From the NCBI RefSeq assembly GCF_009914755.1, contig NC_060931.1: 64,000 nt of DNA. One strand, given 5' to 3'. Within the stretch, counting starts at the first letter, position 1, and each line of letters opens with the position of its first letter. Positions 49,544 to 61,439 of this stretch are shown here, piece after piece. This stretch comes from the human T2T-CHM13v2.0 reference genome, Homo sapiens. The translations under genes were made by a program, and so were the position numbers. The notes under the pieces are model-generated. The model ran no database searches and was not told the origin of the DNA. It saw only the letters and a program-made list of their open reading frames with translations.

Positions 49544-49777
49544 ACCAGGATAGTCCAGCCAGCTAACTGTCTGTGCCATCTTATTCTTGACCTAATAAAT
49601 AGCTGCCGGGCTTGGTGGCTCACACCTGTAATCCCAGCATTTTGGGAGGCCGAGGCGGGTGGATCACGAGGTCAGGAGTTCGAGACCAGCCTGGCCAACA
49701 TAGTGAAACCCCGTCTCTACTGAAAATACAAAAATTAGCTGGGCGTGGTGGCATGCACCTATAATCCCAGCTACTTA

Positions 49778-49945
<168 letters not shown>

Positions 49946-49991
49946 CTATGCCACTGGTAAGATATTCCACTAGTATATGTCATATATCTTA

Positions 49992-50469
<478 letters not shown>

Positions 50470-50556
50470 TTACCTCTAATCCTCAGAACCACCTTGCAAG
50501 ATATGTACTACTGTCCTCTTTTTTTTTTTTTTTTTTTGAGACAGAAGGCTGAGTCA

Positions 50557-50715
<159 letters not shown>

Positions 50716-50855
50716 TTACCAACAATTGCATCATGTGCTACTCAAAAATAATAGCACATTAGTTGCCAACAATTATCTACCATTAACTTTTCTGCATGAC
50801 AAAATTTAAGATTTTCTCTTATCCTTCTATCCAGACCTCTTTACTTTATCATTTG

Positions 50856-52123
<1,268 letters not shown>

Positions 52124-52363
52124 TGTAGACACACACACACATTCAGTTTAAAAGCCCATATTACAACGTACATCCACCTCATCTTCACACTGAGATTTGG
52201 GTGACATCTGTCCCTTTTTGAGTTTTGACCCAAGTTAACCTTTTAAGACGCTCTTTATTTCTTCCCCTTTTGCCTCAGTTCACGTTCCTCCCCCTTCTCC
52301 TTACATGGCTTTTATAGCAGCCTCTCCTTTTCTCTTTTATTCTTTTTCTACACATTTCTCTTA

Positions 52364-52492
<129 letters not shown>

Positions 52493-52899
52493 CTACTAAA
52501 AAAAAATTAAAAATTAGCTGGGCATGACGGTGTGCGTCTGTAGTCCCAGCTACTCAGGAGGCTGAGGCGGGAGGATCGCTTGAGGCCAGGAGTTCAAGGC
52601 TGCAGAGAGTCACGATCCCACCACTGCACTCCAACCTGGGTGACGCGGCCAGACCCTGTCTCTAAAAAGAAAAAAACTAGAGGGGTGTATCTATCACGCT
52701 TTCAATAGATATTCAGCTTGGGTTCTATACTTTTCTCATGACCCTTTGTCTTTCTGTTTTCCAGGTCACTCCTCCTCCCCTACACTTAATTCCCACCCTG
52801 CTCCCTTTTCACGGCCCACTCCCCTTCCAGGAGTCCTGCCTGCTGCTTCGAACTCCAATGATCGTCCCATTCACCTCTCCACCCCTTTTCCCGCCTTTT

Positions 52900-53900
52900 T
52901 GCCCCACAAGGCTCCAAAGCGCGAGGACCTTATTGTCCTCCTCCCCCATCCTCCAACCAGCCCACAGGACAGCCGCGTTACCATGACGACCGGGCTCCTA
53001 GAAGCTGCAGTCAAGGACCTGGTTGCCATGGTTTCCGCTTCTCCGCCTCCAGCCCCGCCCGCGCTCCCCGCGGCGTCGGCGCCTGCGCAGTGCGTGGCGC
53101 GCCGGGAGTCAGAGCCTGGGCGGGACGGGGCGGGGCTTCGGGCGAGAGGGAGGGCAGCAGGAGAAAGGATAAGAAAGGGAGTGGGACTGGCGCCTACGGT
53201 GGCCGAAGTGGGACGCGCCGAGCCGGAGGCTGCAGGATGGTAGGCTGTGCGAAGAGGGAGGGGAGGGGGAAGCGAGGGGCGTGGGCTGCACCTGCGGGGG
53301 TCCTCGGGGGCCGCCCTCGGGGTGAACCGCCCTGTCTTCCCTCTGGTCCTCAGAGGCCTCCCTTGCCTCGGCGGGTGGGCGAGCCGGGCTCGGGAGGAAG
53401 AGGGGGAGGTGGCATTCGGGAGAGGGGCGGGGAGGGGGCGCATTTGCAGGGCGAGCGGGGGCTGACGAAGGGGCGGCGGGGCCGTCCCGAGCCGGGAGGG
53501 GCGCTCTGGTCTTGGCCCCTGGGGTCCCTCGATCCCCGCTGCAGGGAAGCCGCCCGAAGCAGAGGGTTGCGGGAGTCTCTTTGCTGAGGGAGGGAGCGGG
53601 GGTCAGCAGTCACCGAGACCCCCTTCCCGGGCTGCACAGGCGGGAGCGGGGACCCGGGTGGGGAGAGGGGTGTGGGAGGGGAGTTTCCGGGTCGGAAAAG
53701 GGAGCGCCCTACTGGGTTCGTGGCCGTGCTTGCCTAGAGGCTGGGCCCAGGTAGGGAAGCGAAGTGGACTCGTGGTTTTTCTCCGAGGGACCCAGGCTTT
53801 GGGATCCCGGGCTCCGGGGCTCTCTGCCCCCCTTCCCATTCTCTTTCCGGAATCCAGGCCTTCCGTCTTCCTGCTTGCTCCCCACCCCCCTATCTGAGCG
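52900..53900. promoter_or_regulatory. AP1S1: AP1S1 CpG-island promoter
   Basis: CpG-dense and TATA-less. X-box-like motifs at 52977-52990 and 53022-53035, NRF1 GCGCCTGCGCA 53079-53089, Sp1 GGGGCGGGGC 53127-53136. Confidence 0.88.
53237..53239 (+). CDS. AP1S1: AP1S1 exon 1 CDS (initiator ATG only)
   Basis: GCAGGATG|gtaggc donor in the CpG island. Gives MMRF... with exon 2. Confidence 0.88.
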
Positions 53901-55315
53901 CCGCACGAGGCTCCCCAGCGCCCCTCTTTTCCCCTCCACCAAAAAAATCAGTTCTCCTGAATTCTGATTTTTCACTTACTAAGCTAGTACAGTGCCACAC
54001 ACCCAGGGATTCCAAGCCTGGGCATGTCCATGAATAGAAGAGCTACTGGGGGAAGGAGAAGACTCCAGGATGTGGCCCAGACCCCCCGGAACTGGGAAGC
54101 TGGGGTACACTGGGCAGTGAGGGTTCTGTCTTCCATCCCACTTGACCCAGCTTGCTGTCTGTTCTGCAGACATTCTTTTAGGGGAACCCCCTGGGTGGCG
54201 GGGCCCTAACTGAGGGAAATTGGTCACCTGGTGTCTGGGGAGGAGTGGGCGCTTAGCAGGAGGCACCCTAAAAGGAAGAAAAGTTAAAGAGAAATGTCGA
54301 AGACCAAATGCCTGGGTGCCTGCAGAGAGGAAGATAGGATTTGGGCATCTGCATACCCTGTGTGGTGTTGGAGATACATACTACAGAGGAGGATACCCCT
54401 GGGCATAGGCCTGGCACTGGAGGATGATATGTTTGGGAGATCATTAAGATCTTATGGCTATGATGGGGTGGAAAATTGAGGTAGCTTCTCCAGGGACAAA
54501 ATACCAGATTTCAGCATGGTGATGGATAGAGAGAGGGTGGAAGAGAACAGGCATTTCTTTGGCGTCGGTTACTGTCGTCTTGTCACTGTGCTAGGCATTT
54601 TACTTACCTTTAGAAAGCAGACCAGAAAGCAAGAGGTCAGGGAATCATGGTAATAATAGTAATAACTAACGGCCGGGCGCAGTGGCTCATGCCTTAATGC
54701 CAGCACTTTGGGAGGCCTAGGTGGGTGGATCACCTGAGGTCGGGAGTTCGAGACCAGGGCCTGGCCAACATGGTGAAACCACATCTCTACTAAAAATACA
54801 AATATTAGCCGGGCGTGGTGGCACGTGACTGTAATCCCAGCTACTCAGGAGGCTGAGGCAGGAGAATCGCTGGAACTTGGGAGGCGGAGATTGCACTGAA
54901 CAGTGATTGCGCCACTGCACTCCAGCCTGGGCGACAGAGAGAGACTCTGTCTCAAAAATAATAATAATAATAGCTAACATGTTATACTGCCTGCCTGTGC
55001 TAGGGACTTGCATGTATCAAATCATTTAGTCTCACCTAACAACTGTGCAAGGCAGGTACAATGTCCATTTTACACATAAGGAAACTGAGGCCCAGAGACT
55101 TACAGTAGTAATTGGGCCAAGGCCTTGCATAACTAGTAGAGCCAGGATTTGAACCCAGCTGACAGACTCAGAAGCTCTGACTTCCCCCTGCTGGTGGAAA
55201 CACCCAGCCTTGAGAGCAAGGGGCTGGATGTTGGAAGAAAGTAGAGAAGAATTAGCTGGAGATAAGTTTGGGGAATGTGTGGTTACCCTCGGTTCTGCCC
55301 TCCCATCCCCCACAG

Positions 55316-55494
55316 ATGCGGTTCATGCTATTATTCAGCCGGCAGGGAAAACTGCGGCTGCAAAAATGGTACCTGGCCACTTCGGACAAGGAACGGAAGA
55401 AGATGGTGCGCGAGCTCATGCAGGTTGTCCTGGCTCGAAAGCCCAAGATGTGCAGCTTCCTGGAGTGGAGGGACCTCAAAGTTGTCTATAAGAG
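55316..55494 (+). CDS. AP1S1: AP-1 sigma1A exon 2 ([19 protein letters not shown]...KVVYKR)
   Basis: cacag| acceptor, AGAG|gtgact donor; 179 nt; clathrin adaptor sigma subunit motif. Confidence 0.98.
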
Positions 55495-56097
55495 GTGACT
55501 CCCCACCTACTTTCAGACCTGCCTAGATTCAAGTTGGGCAGTGGGTTAAAATGTCTGAGAAATGGTCGTCCCGTAGGTCAGGGAGACCTGGGAGCTGAGG
55601 ACATCTGGAGGACAGTAATGAATGTCAGCTTCCTTTTTTTTTTTTTTTTTCTCCCCAAACTCTTAAAGAAGTTCTTGTTTACCACTTGGTTTTGCTCACG
55701 TGCAACACCTGCCTCACTCACGTGTCCCTTTGGGCCCTGTCTTGTCCCACTGCGCATGTCCCTTGCAGTCAAAGGTCCTGCCCTACTTTTCCTAACACAC
55801 ACGCACACACACACCCTTTCCGGTTCCTTCTCCTCGGAGCAGGTAAATTACTTGGCTCAGGTTTTTGCTGAGTCAAACTTAGGAGGTCAGAGGGCAGGAA
55901 GGAAAAAGCATGCGTTCTTTGCATGTTTTTAAGACAGCACAAAGAGGCAGGTGAGTTACTCTTTACATGCCCTAGGGCCACCTCACCTGTGGCCAGCCAG
56001 GGCACAGACCACCTCCAGGCTGGTGAGAGGTTTGAGACCAGAATGCCTGGGTCCTGAAGCAAGCTTGTAGCGATATCTCATGCGCTCCTCTCCGCAG

Positions 56098-56206
56098 ATA
56101 TGCCAGCCTCTACTTCTGCTGCGCCATCGAGGGCCAAGACAATGAGCTCATCACACTGGAGCTGATCCACCGATACGTGGAGCTCTTAGACAAATACTTT
56201 GGCAGT
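56098..56206 (+). CDS. AP1S1: AP-1 sigma1A exon 3 ([36 protein letters not shown])
   Basis: ccgcag| acceptor, AGT|gtaagt donor; 109 nt. Confidence 0.98.
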
Positions 56207-57779
56207 GTAAGTCTCCTCTGCCCACCAGTTTCCATTCCCAGCAATCCCCTTTGGTAATCCACCAAACTTTGAGGCCCCTCCAGTCTCTGCCCTGGAAGTT
56301 TCAGGGGAGAGGTGAAGTTGGAGCAGTAAGAACAGTAATTAATTTCCCTTTTTAAGCTTTAAGCCTATTAACCATGTCCCATAATCGTCCCTGAGTGGGG
56401 AAACTGGGGGCAGGATCAGGCACTTAATCTCCACTTAGAGCTTAGCTCGGACTTTTCACACAGAGACCAAGTTCAGATGTTTTGATTAGTTCAAATTTTT
56501 ATTTTTTTAGAGACACAGTCTCACCCTATCACCTGGAGGAATGCCGCCTATGGCTGGAGTGCAGTGGCACAATCGTAGCTCACTGCAGCCTTAACCTCTG
56601 GGCTCAAGCCATCCTCCTGCCTCAGTCCCCTGAGGAGGTGGGACTGCAGGTGCACACCACTATGCCCAGCTAATTTTTGTATTTTTTTTTTTAAGAGATG
56701 AGGTCTTGCTATGTTGCCCAGGCTGGGTCTCTAACTCTGGGGCTCAAGTGATCCTCCCACCTCAGCCTCCCAAAGTCTGGGATTATAGGCGTGAGCCACT
56801 GTACCCAGCCCCATATTCAGATTTTTATCACTGGTTGCTGATCTTGGATTTGCATTGGAGTTTTCTGGAGAATTTTTTTGAATGGCAATGTCCAGGTTCC
56901 ACTCCCAGAGATTCTGAATTAACTTATCTGAGGGACAGCTCAGATCTTAGATGGGGCGTAGTAGTAACTCCATAATTTGTGTTATAAAGTGCTTTTGCGT
57001 CCTCTCGTTTGCTCCTTATCCCATCCTAGCAGTAGGTGTTGGTATCCCCATTTTTGAGGCCAGAAAACTGAGACTTAGAGATGTTTCATGACTTGTTTAG
57101 CTAGATGGTTAGTGGCAGAGCCCTGCTTGGAACTCAAGTCTTCCACCCCATGGTCCAGAATTCCCTCTTTCCCTGCCCCACAGTGTCCAGGAAGCGGGGC
57201 TACCACAGCCTTTGGTGGGAAGAACGTCACAGATTTTGGGGGGAAGGCAAGGGGAACCATAGACAAAGGTAGATAAGGCAACTAATGTTTCATGATCAGG
57301 AGGAAAGATGCAAGAGGAAGAGGGAAAAAAACTGATCCAAGGCAAGGCGCGGTGGCTCACGCCTGTGATCCCAGCATTTTGGGAAGCTGAGGCAGGTGGG
57401 TCACTTGAGGCCAGAAGTTCGAGACCAGCCTGGCCAACATGGCAAGACCCTATCTCTACAAAATATTTTAAAAATGAGGTGGGCGTGATAGCATGCACCT
57501 GTAGTCCCAGCTACTCAGGAAGCTGAGGCAGGAGGATCACTTGAGCCCAGGAGTTTGAGGCTGCAGTGAGCTGTGATCATGCCACTGCACTGCAGCCTGG
57601 ACGACAGAGCAAGAGACCCTGTCTCTAACAAAATAACGAAACAAAAAAACTGAAAAAGCTGACCAATGACTAAGGCTTGGAGGTTGGGGGCAGAACCCAA
57701 GGTGGGAGGCACGGTCTTGAAAAGGAAGTGGCTCCAGTTGCCCCTCCATGCTCAACTTAGCCTCTCCCCGCCCTCCCAG

Positions 57780-57917
57780 GTGTGCGAGCTGGACATCATC
57801 TTCAACTTTGAGAAGGCCTACTTCATCCTGGATGAGTTTTTGATGGGGGGGGATGTCCAGGACACCTCCAAGAAGAGTGTGCTGAAAGCCATCGAGCAGG
57901 CTGACCTACTGCAAGAG
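57780..57917 (+). CDS. AP1S1: AP-1 sigma1A exon 4 ([24 protein letters not shown]...DLLQE)
   Basis: cccag| acceptor, GAG|gtacgg donor; 138 nt; ends in phase 0. Confidence 0.98.
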
Positions 57918-58193
57918 GTACGGGCCAGGGACAGTGAGGAGGAGGAGGAAGCGCACAGTGGCGGACAGGGTCCTCCCTCCCCTGGACACCCGGCCTGCCC
58001 TGCCCACCGTCGCCAAGGAGCCCCCCCTCCCTGTGGTATCTGACCCCCACCACGCCCAGCTCTCCAGCTTACTCTCAAGCCCTGACCCCATGGGGTGGGA
58101 GGTAGGGTGGCAGATAGCCCACCTGTGCACCCCTCATTCCAAGCTCTGTCCTTCTCCCAAGCCCCCAGATGTCTCGTGGCCACCCAGTCTCCT

Positions 58194-58276
58194 TTGTCCA
58201 ATTCTCTGAGCAAGGCTTAACACCAAAGGGTTAAGGGTTTGCTCTGGAGTTAAGGGTTGCTTGGAGAATTGGAGAA
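58194..58276 (+). ncRNA. MIR4653: pre-miRNA hsa-mir-4653 (intronic)
   Basis: Hairpin arms TCCAATTCTCTGAGCAAGGCTTAAC / GTTAAGGGTTGCTTGGAGAATTGGA pair. 5p at about 58203-58224 and 3p at about 58245-58267 match miR-4653 as recalled. Confidence 0.85.
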
Positions 58277-58523
58277 GGGGCACCTGGTAGGTCATTCTTT
58301 TCTTCCCTGATTTCTTCCCCCACCTCTCTTTTTTTTTTCTTTTTTTTTTTTTTAACACACACATACTCCAAAGCCTCTGCGTCTCAGGAGGAAAAGGCTA
58401 TGGGGATTTGGGGGCTGGCAGAGGGCACCTGGATGTTGGTTCTCCCTGCTCCCCAGCGCCCCCGCCCTCACCCCATTACTGCCTGCCCCCTCTCTGCTGT
58501 GCCATCACCGAGCCCTGGTGCAG

Positions 58524-58580
58524 GGAGATGAGTCACCGGAATCTGCAGTGATGAGCGAGCCCGGCCTGAGCTGGCTCTGA
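58524..58580 (+). CDS. Candidate alternative terminal exon of AP1S1 (GDESPESAVMSEPGLSWL*)
   Basis: tgcag| acceptor after a pyrimidine tract, in phase with exon 4, homologous to exon 5. Expression not demonstrated. Confidence 0.5.
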   Translation, partial: GDESPESAVMSEPGLSWL

Positions 58581-58678
58581 GGAGGGGGAGAGATGGGGGG
58601 TGAGGGAGGGCTCATCTTTGCAGTGGGAGAGAGGGCAGAACTGAACTTGCCACCTCACTGGTCGAGCTTCACCTTCCC

Positions 58679-58771
58679 ACACACGCACACACACACACAC
58701 CCTGGCACACACACACACACACACACACACATGCCCTGGCACACACACCCATGCCCTGGCACACACACCCA
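58679..58771. repeat. Compound (CA)n repeat with CCCTGG spacers, AP1S1 intron 4
   Basis: Directly visible. Confidence 0.9.
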
Positions 58772-59261
58772 TCGTGTCACCAGTGTTGCGCTCAGACCCT
58801 AATGACGCATCTCCCTGCAGCCTGGTTCACCTTCCCTCAGGGACCTGGCACTCACCTCCCTCTGCCTTTTCCCCACTCTGAAAAACAGGACCCAGTCAGC
58901 TGTACCCCCCAGGGCCCCAGAAAGATCCCCCACCTCCTTGTCCCGGCTTCACTCCCTTTACCCCCAGGTGTCAAGGCGGGGCCCCTGCTTACCAAGGTCC
59001 TGGCTTTGGGTTCTCTGGGTGGTGACGGACTCAACCTGGACCCCCCCTGCCACTGTTGGCTGGCTCTGGGGCTGGTCCTGGGAGGCTGGTGGGTGCCCCA
59101 TGAAGGGCTCACTGGTCCGGCCTTGGGCTCACATTGGCTTCTCTCCCCCTCCCCCGTGTCTGTGCCTCCCCCGTCTGACTCTTCCTCGTGACTGCTGTCT
59201 TGCCCACCCTGTCGGCCTCTCCTGGTGTCTCTGCGTCACCCTCTGTCTGTCTCTGCCTTAG

Positions 59262-59309
59262 GAGGATGAGTCGCCACGGAGTGTGCTGGAGGAGATGGGT
59301 TTGGCATAG
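59262..59309 (+). CDS. AP1S1: AP-1 sigma1A exon 5 CDS (EDESPRSVLEEMGLA*)
   Basis: ccttag| acceptor, TAG stop. CDS total 3+179+109+138+48=477 nt = 158 aa. Confidence 0.97.
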   Translation, partial: EDESPRSVLEEMGLA

Positions 59310-60001
59310 CCCCTGCTGGGCCGGGGTGTGGCGATGGGGTCCTGGCAGCGTGGCGGGAACGGCTGCTTCTCCTCTGCCCAGGGCCCTGTTCTTGGTGGGA
59401 CTCGGCTGCCCCTCCTCTGCTGCCTCACCTTTCGGAGTGAGCTGTGGGCTCAGGCCCTTCAAACATTCCCTCCCTCCACCCCCTACCTCCACTTTCCCCT
59501 TTTCCCACTGAAGGTTTTAGAAGCTAGGAGGCAGGAAAATGTGACCCAGATGGGGGTGCTATTTGGCTTTTATTCCCTGCCTTTGCAGAACTGATGTCAC
59601 CTCAGATGTCCTTCCCTCCCTAATAACTGTAAATATATAAATATGTCAGGTTAAAGGGAAAAGGTGTTCAGGGCACTTCTTGTCCTCTCTGTCCCATAAC
59701 CTACCTCCACCTCCACCCTCCCCCTAGCCAGCCAGGCAGCTTCTCTGCCTGGGAGGGGAGCCTGGACCCCCCTCTTTCTCCTTGGCTGCAGTGGGGCCTT
59801 TATCCAGTGCCAGGGAGGAACAACATAGTTAATTTTTTTCTAACCTTGCCACTTTGAGGGAAGGAAGGGTTGGGGGAAGGGCAAGCTTTATGGGACCCTG
59901 GTCCTGGCCCTGGCCTTTCACTCCAGTTCTGGGTGAGGCAGGAGCTGGGAGGGGTGGGGAGGGGGAGGGGGAAGTGTCTGCCTTTATGTCCTTTCTTCTG
60001 A

Positions 60002-60007
60002 AATAAA
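60002..60007 (+). terminator. AP1S1: AP1S1 poly(A) signal
   Basis: AATAAA about 0.7 kb after the stop, followed by U/GU-rich sequence. Confidence 0.82.
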
Positions 60008-61276
60008 AGGAAAAGCATTTCTGGACTTTGCTGGCCTTGGGCTCTGTGAAGGAAGGCAGGGCTGCTGGCATCATCGGGAGGCCAAGGGGATCCTGCCAGC
60101 CTTGGGAAGAAACGGAGAGCACGCAGTTAAATGAGAATTCCAGATACACAACAAATCATTTTAGGGATAAATGTGTTGCATGCAGTGTTTGGGACACACT
60201 TAACTCTAAAACTGCATCTGTTGTGTATCTGGAATTTCAGATTTCATTTCCTGTATTTTATCTGGCCACCCTACCTTAAACGGATTTTTATGCCCAATGC
60301 GTCTCCAAACGGGCTGCCCCCAACTCCCTGAGCTGCCTTTATGGAAGGAGGAGCAACTCTTCAGGATGCGGGTCTGTTGTGGGTGATTTCGTTTGCCCAG
60401 TTTAGTTTTATTTGAATCAGTTCACAAGTACCTGCGATTAGAAAAGGCTTAAGATGGGAGGCCAAGGTGGGGAGGTCGCTTGAGCCCAGGAGTTCCAGAC
60501 CAGCTGAGCAACCTGGCAAAACCTCATCCCTACAAAAAATGCAAACATTAGCTGGGCATAATGGTGCACACTTGTAGTCCCAGCTACTCAGGAGGTTGGG
60601 GTAGGAGGATCACTTGAGCCCAGGAAGTCGAGGTTGCAGTGAGCTGTGATTGCACCACTGCACTCCAGCCTGGGCAACATAGTGAGACCCTGTCTCAAAA
60701 AAAAAAAAAAAAAAAAAGTTAAGAAGTGGCTTTAGCCAGCATGTCTCTGTGGCTGCCACTCCCTCCTCCCCGCATTTCTTGCAAAGTACCTAGGACCAGG
60801 AATGTAGGGATCAGTGGAGGGAGGTGGGTGGGTGAACACAGGAAACTCCGGCATTACCCGCGCGGCCCCAGGATCTTGGGAAAAAGGAGCCCACTGGCAC
60901 CCAGAGTTGTGGCACCTTCTGCGGGTCACCTTTTTCTTTTGAACCAGAGGTCGCTGGACTGATCGCAGACAATTGACTCTTTTATTGCATTCCGCTGGGC
61001 CTCTCTCTGTCAAGCCCTGGGGAAAGATGACTTTACCACCAGCCCCCAAGCTGGAAGTGGAATTTCGGGTTTCTTAATGGGTGCGAGCCACATTCTTCTC
61101 CTCTAAAAACAGTTTGAGGACTTTCCCCACTTACCCCTCGCCTTAGTTTGGGGGCAGGAAGCAGGAGGAGATGGGGACTGTGGCTGGCGCTTCCCTCACC
61201 GCCCCTTGGGAAGGACCACACAGGCCCAAGGGGACGGGTGAATAACCGAGAACAAAGTCCTAATAAAATAGTCACT

Positions 61277-61282
61277 TTTATT
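61277..61282 (-). terminator. VGF: VGF poly(A) signal
   Basis: AATAAA on the minus strand about 460 nt after the stop. Confidence 0.85.
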
Positions 61283-61439
61283 TCTTAGCAAAACTATTTC
61301 CTCCGTGAGGGGTATTTACAACAGAGAAAGGAAAGAAGGGGTCAATTCACAGCGACTTGGAGAGGCTGGAGGGGCTCGTGGGAGGCCCGAAGGGCTGGAG
61401 ACAGACACACTTCACACAATTAACTGGAACTGCTTTTTC

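Noticed and set aside
52746-53975. ORFs up to 190 aa across the AP1S1 promoter
   Set aside because: Expected in a CpG island; no recognisable domain.
57918-58043. In-frame read-through of AP1S1 exon 4 ([11 protein letters not shown]...CGI*)
   Set aside because: No homology or local poly(A) support; weaker than the 58524 candidate, although intron retention cannot be excluded.
58799-58890. Additional AG acceptors after CTAATGAC in AP1S1 intron 4
   Set aside because: Resulting peptides show no similarity to sigma C-termini and there is no convincing donor.
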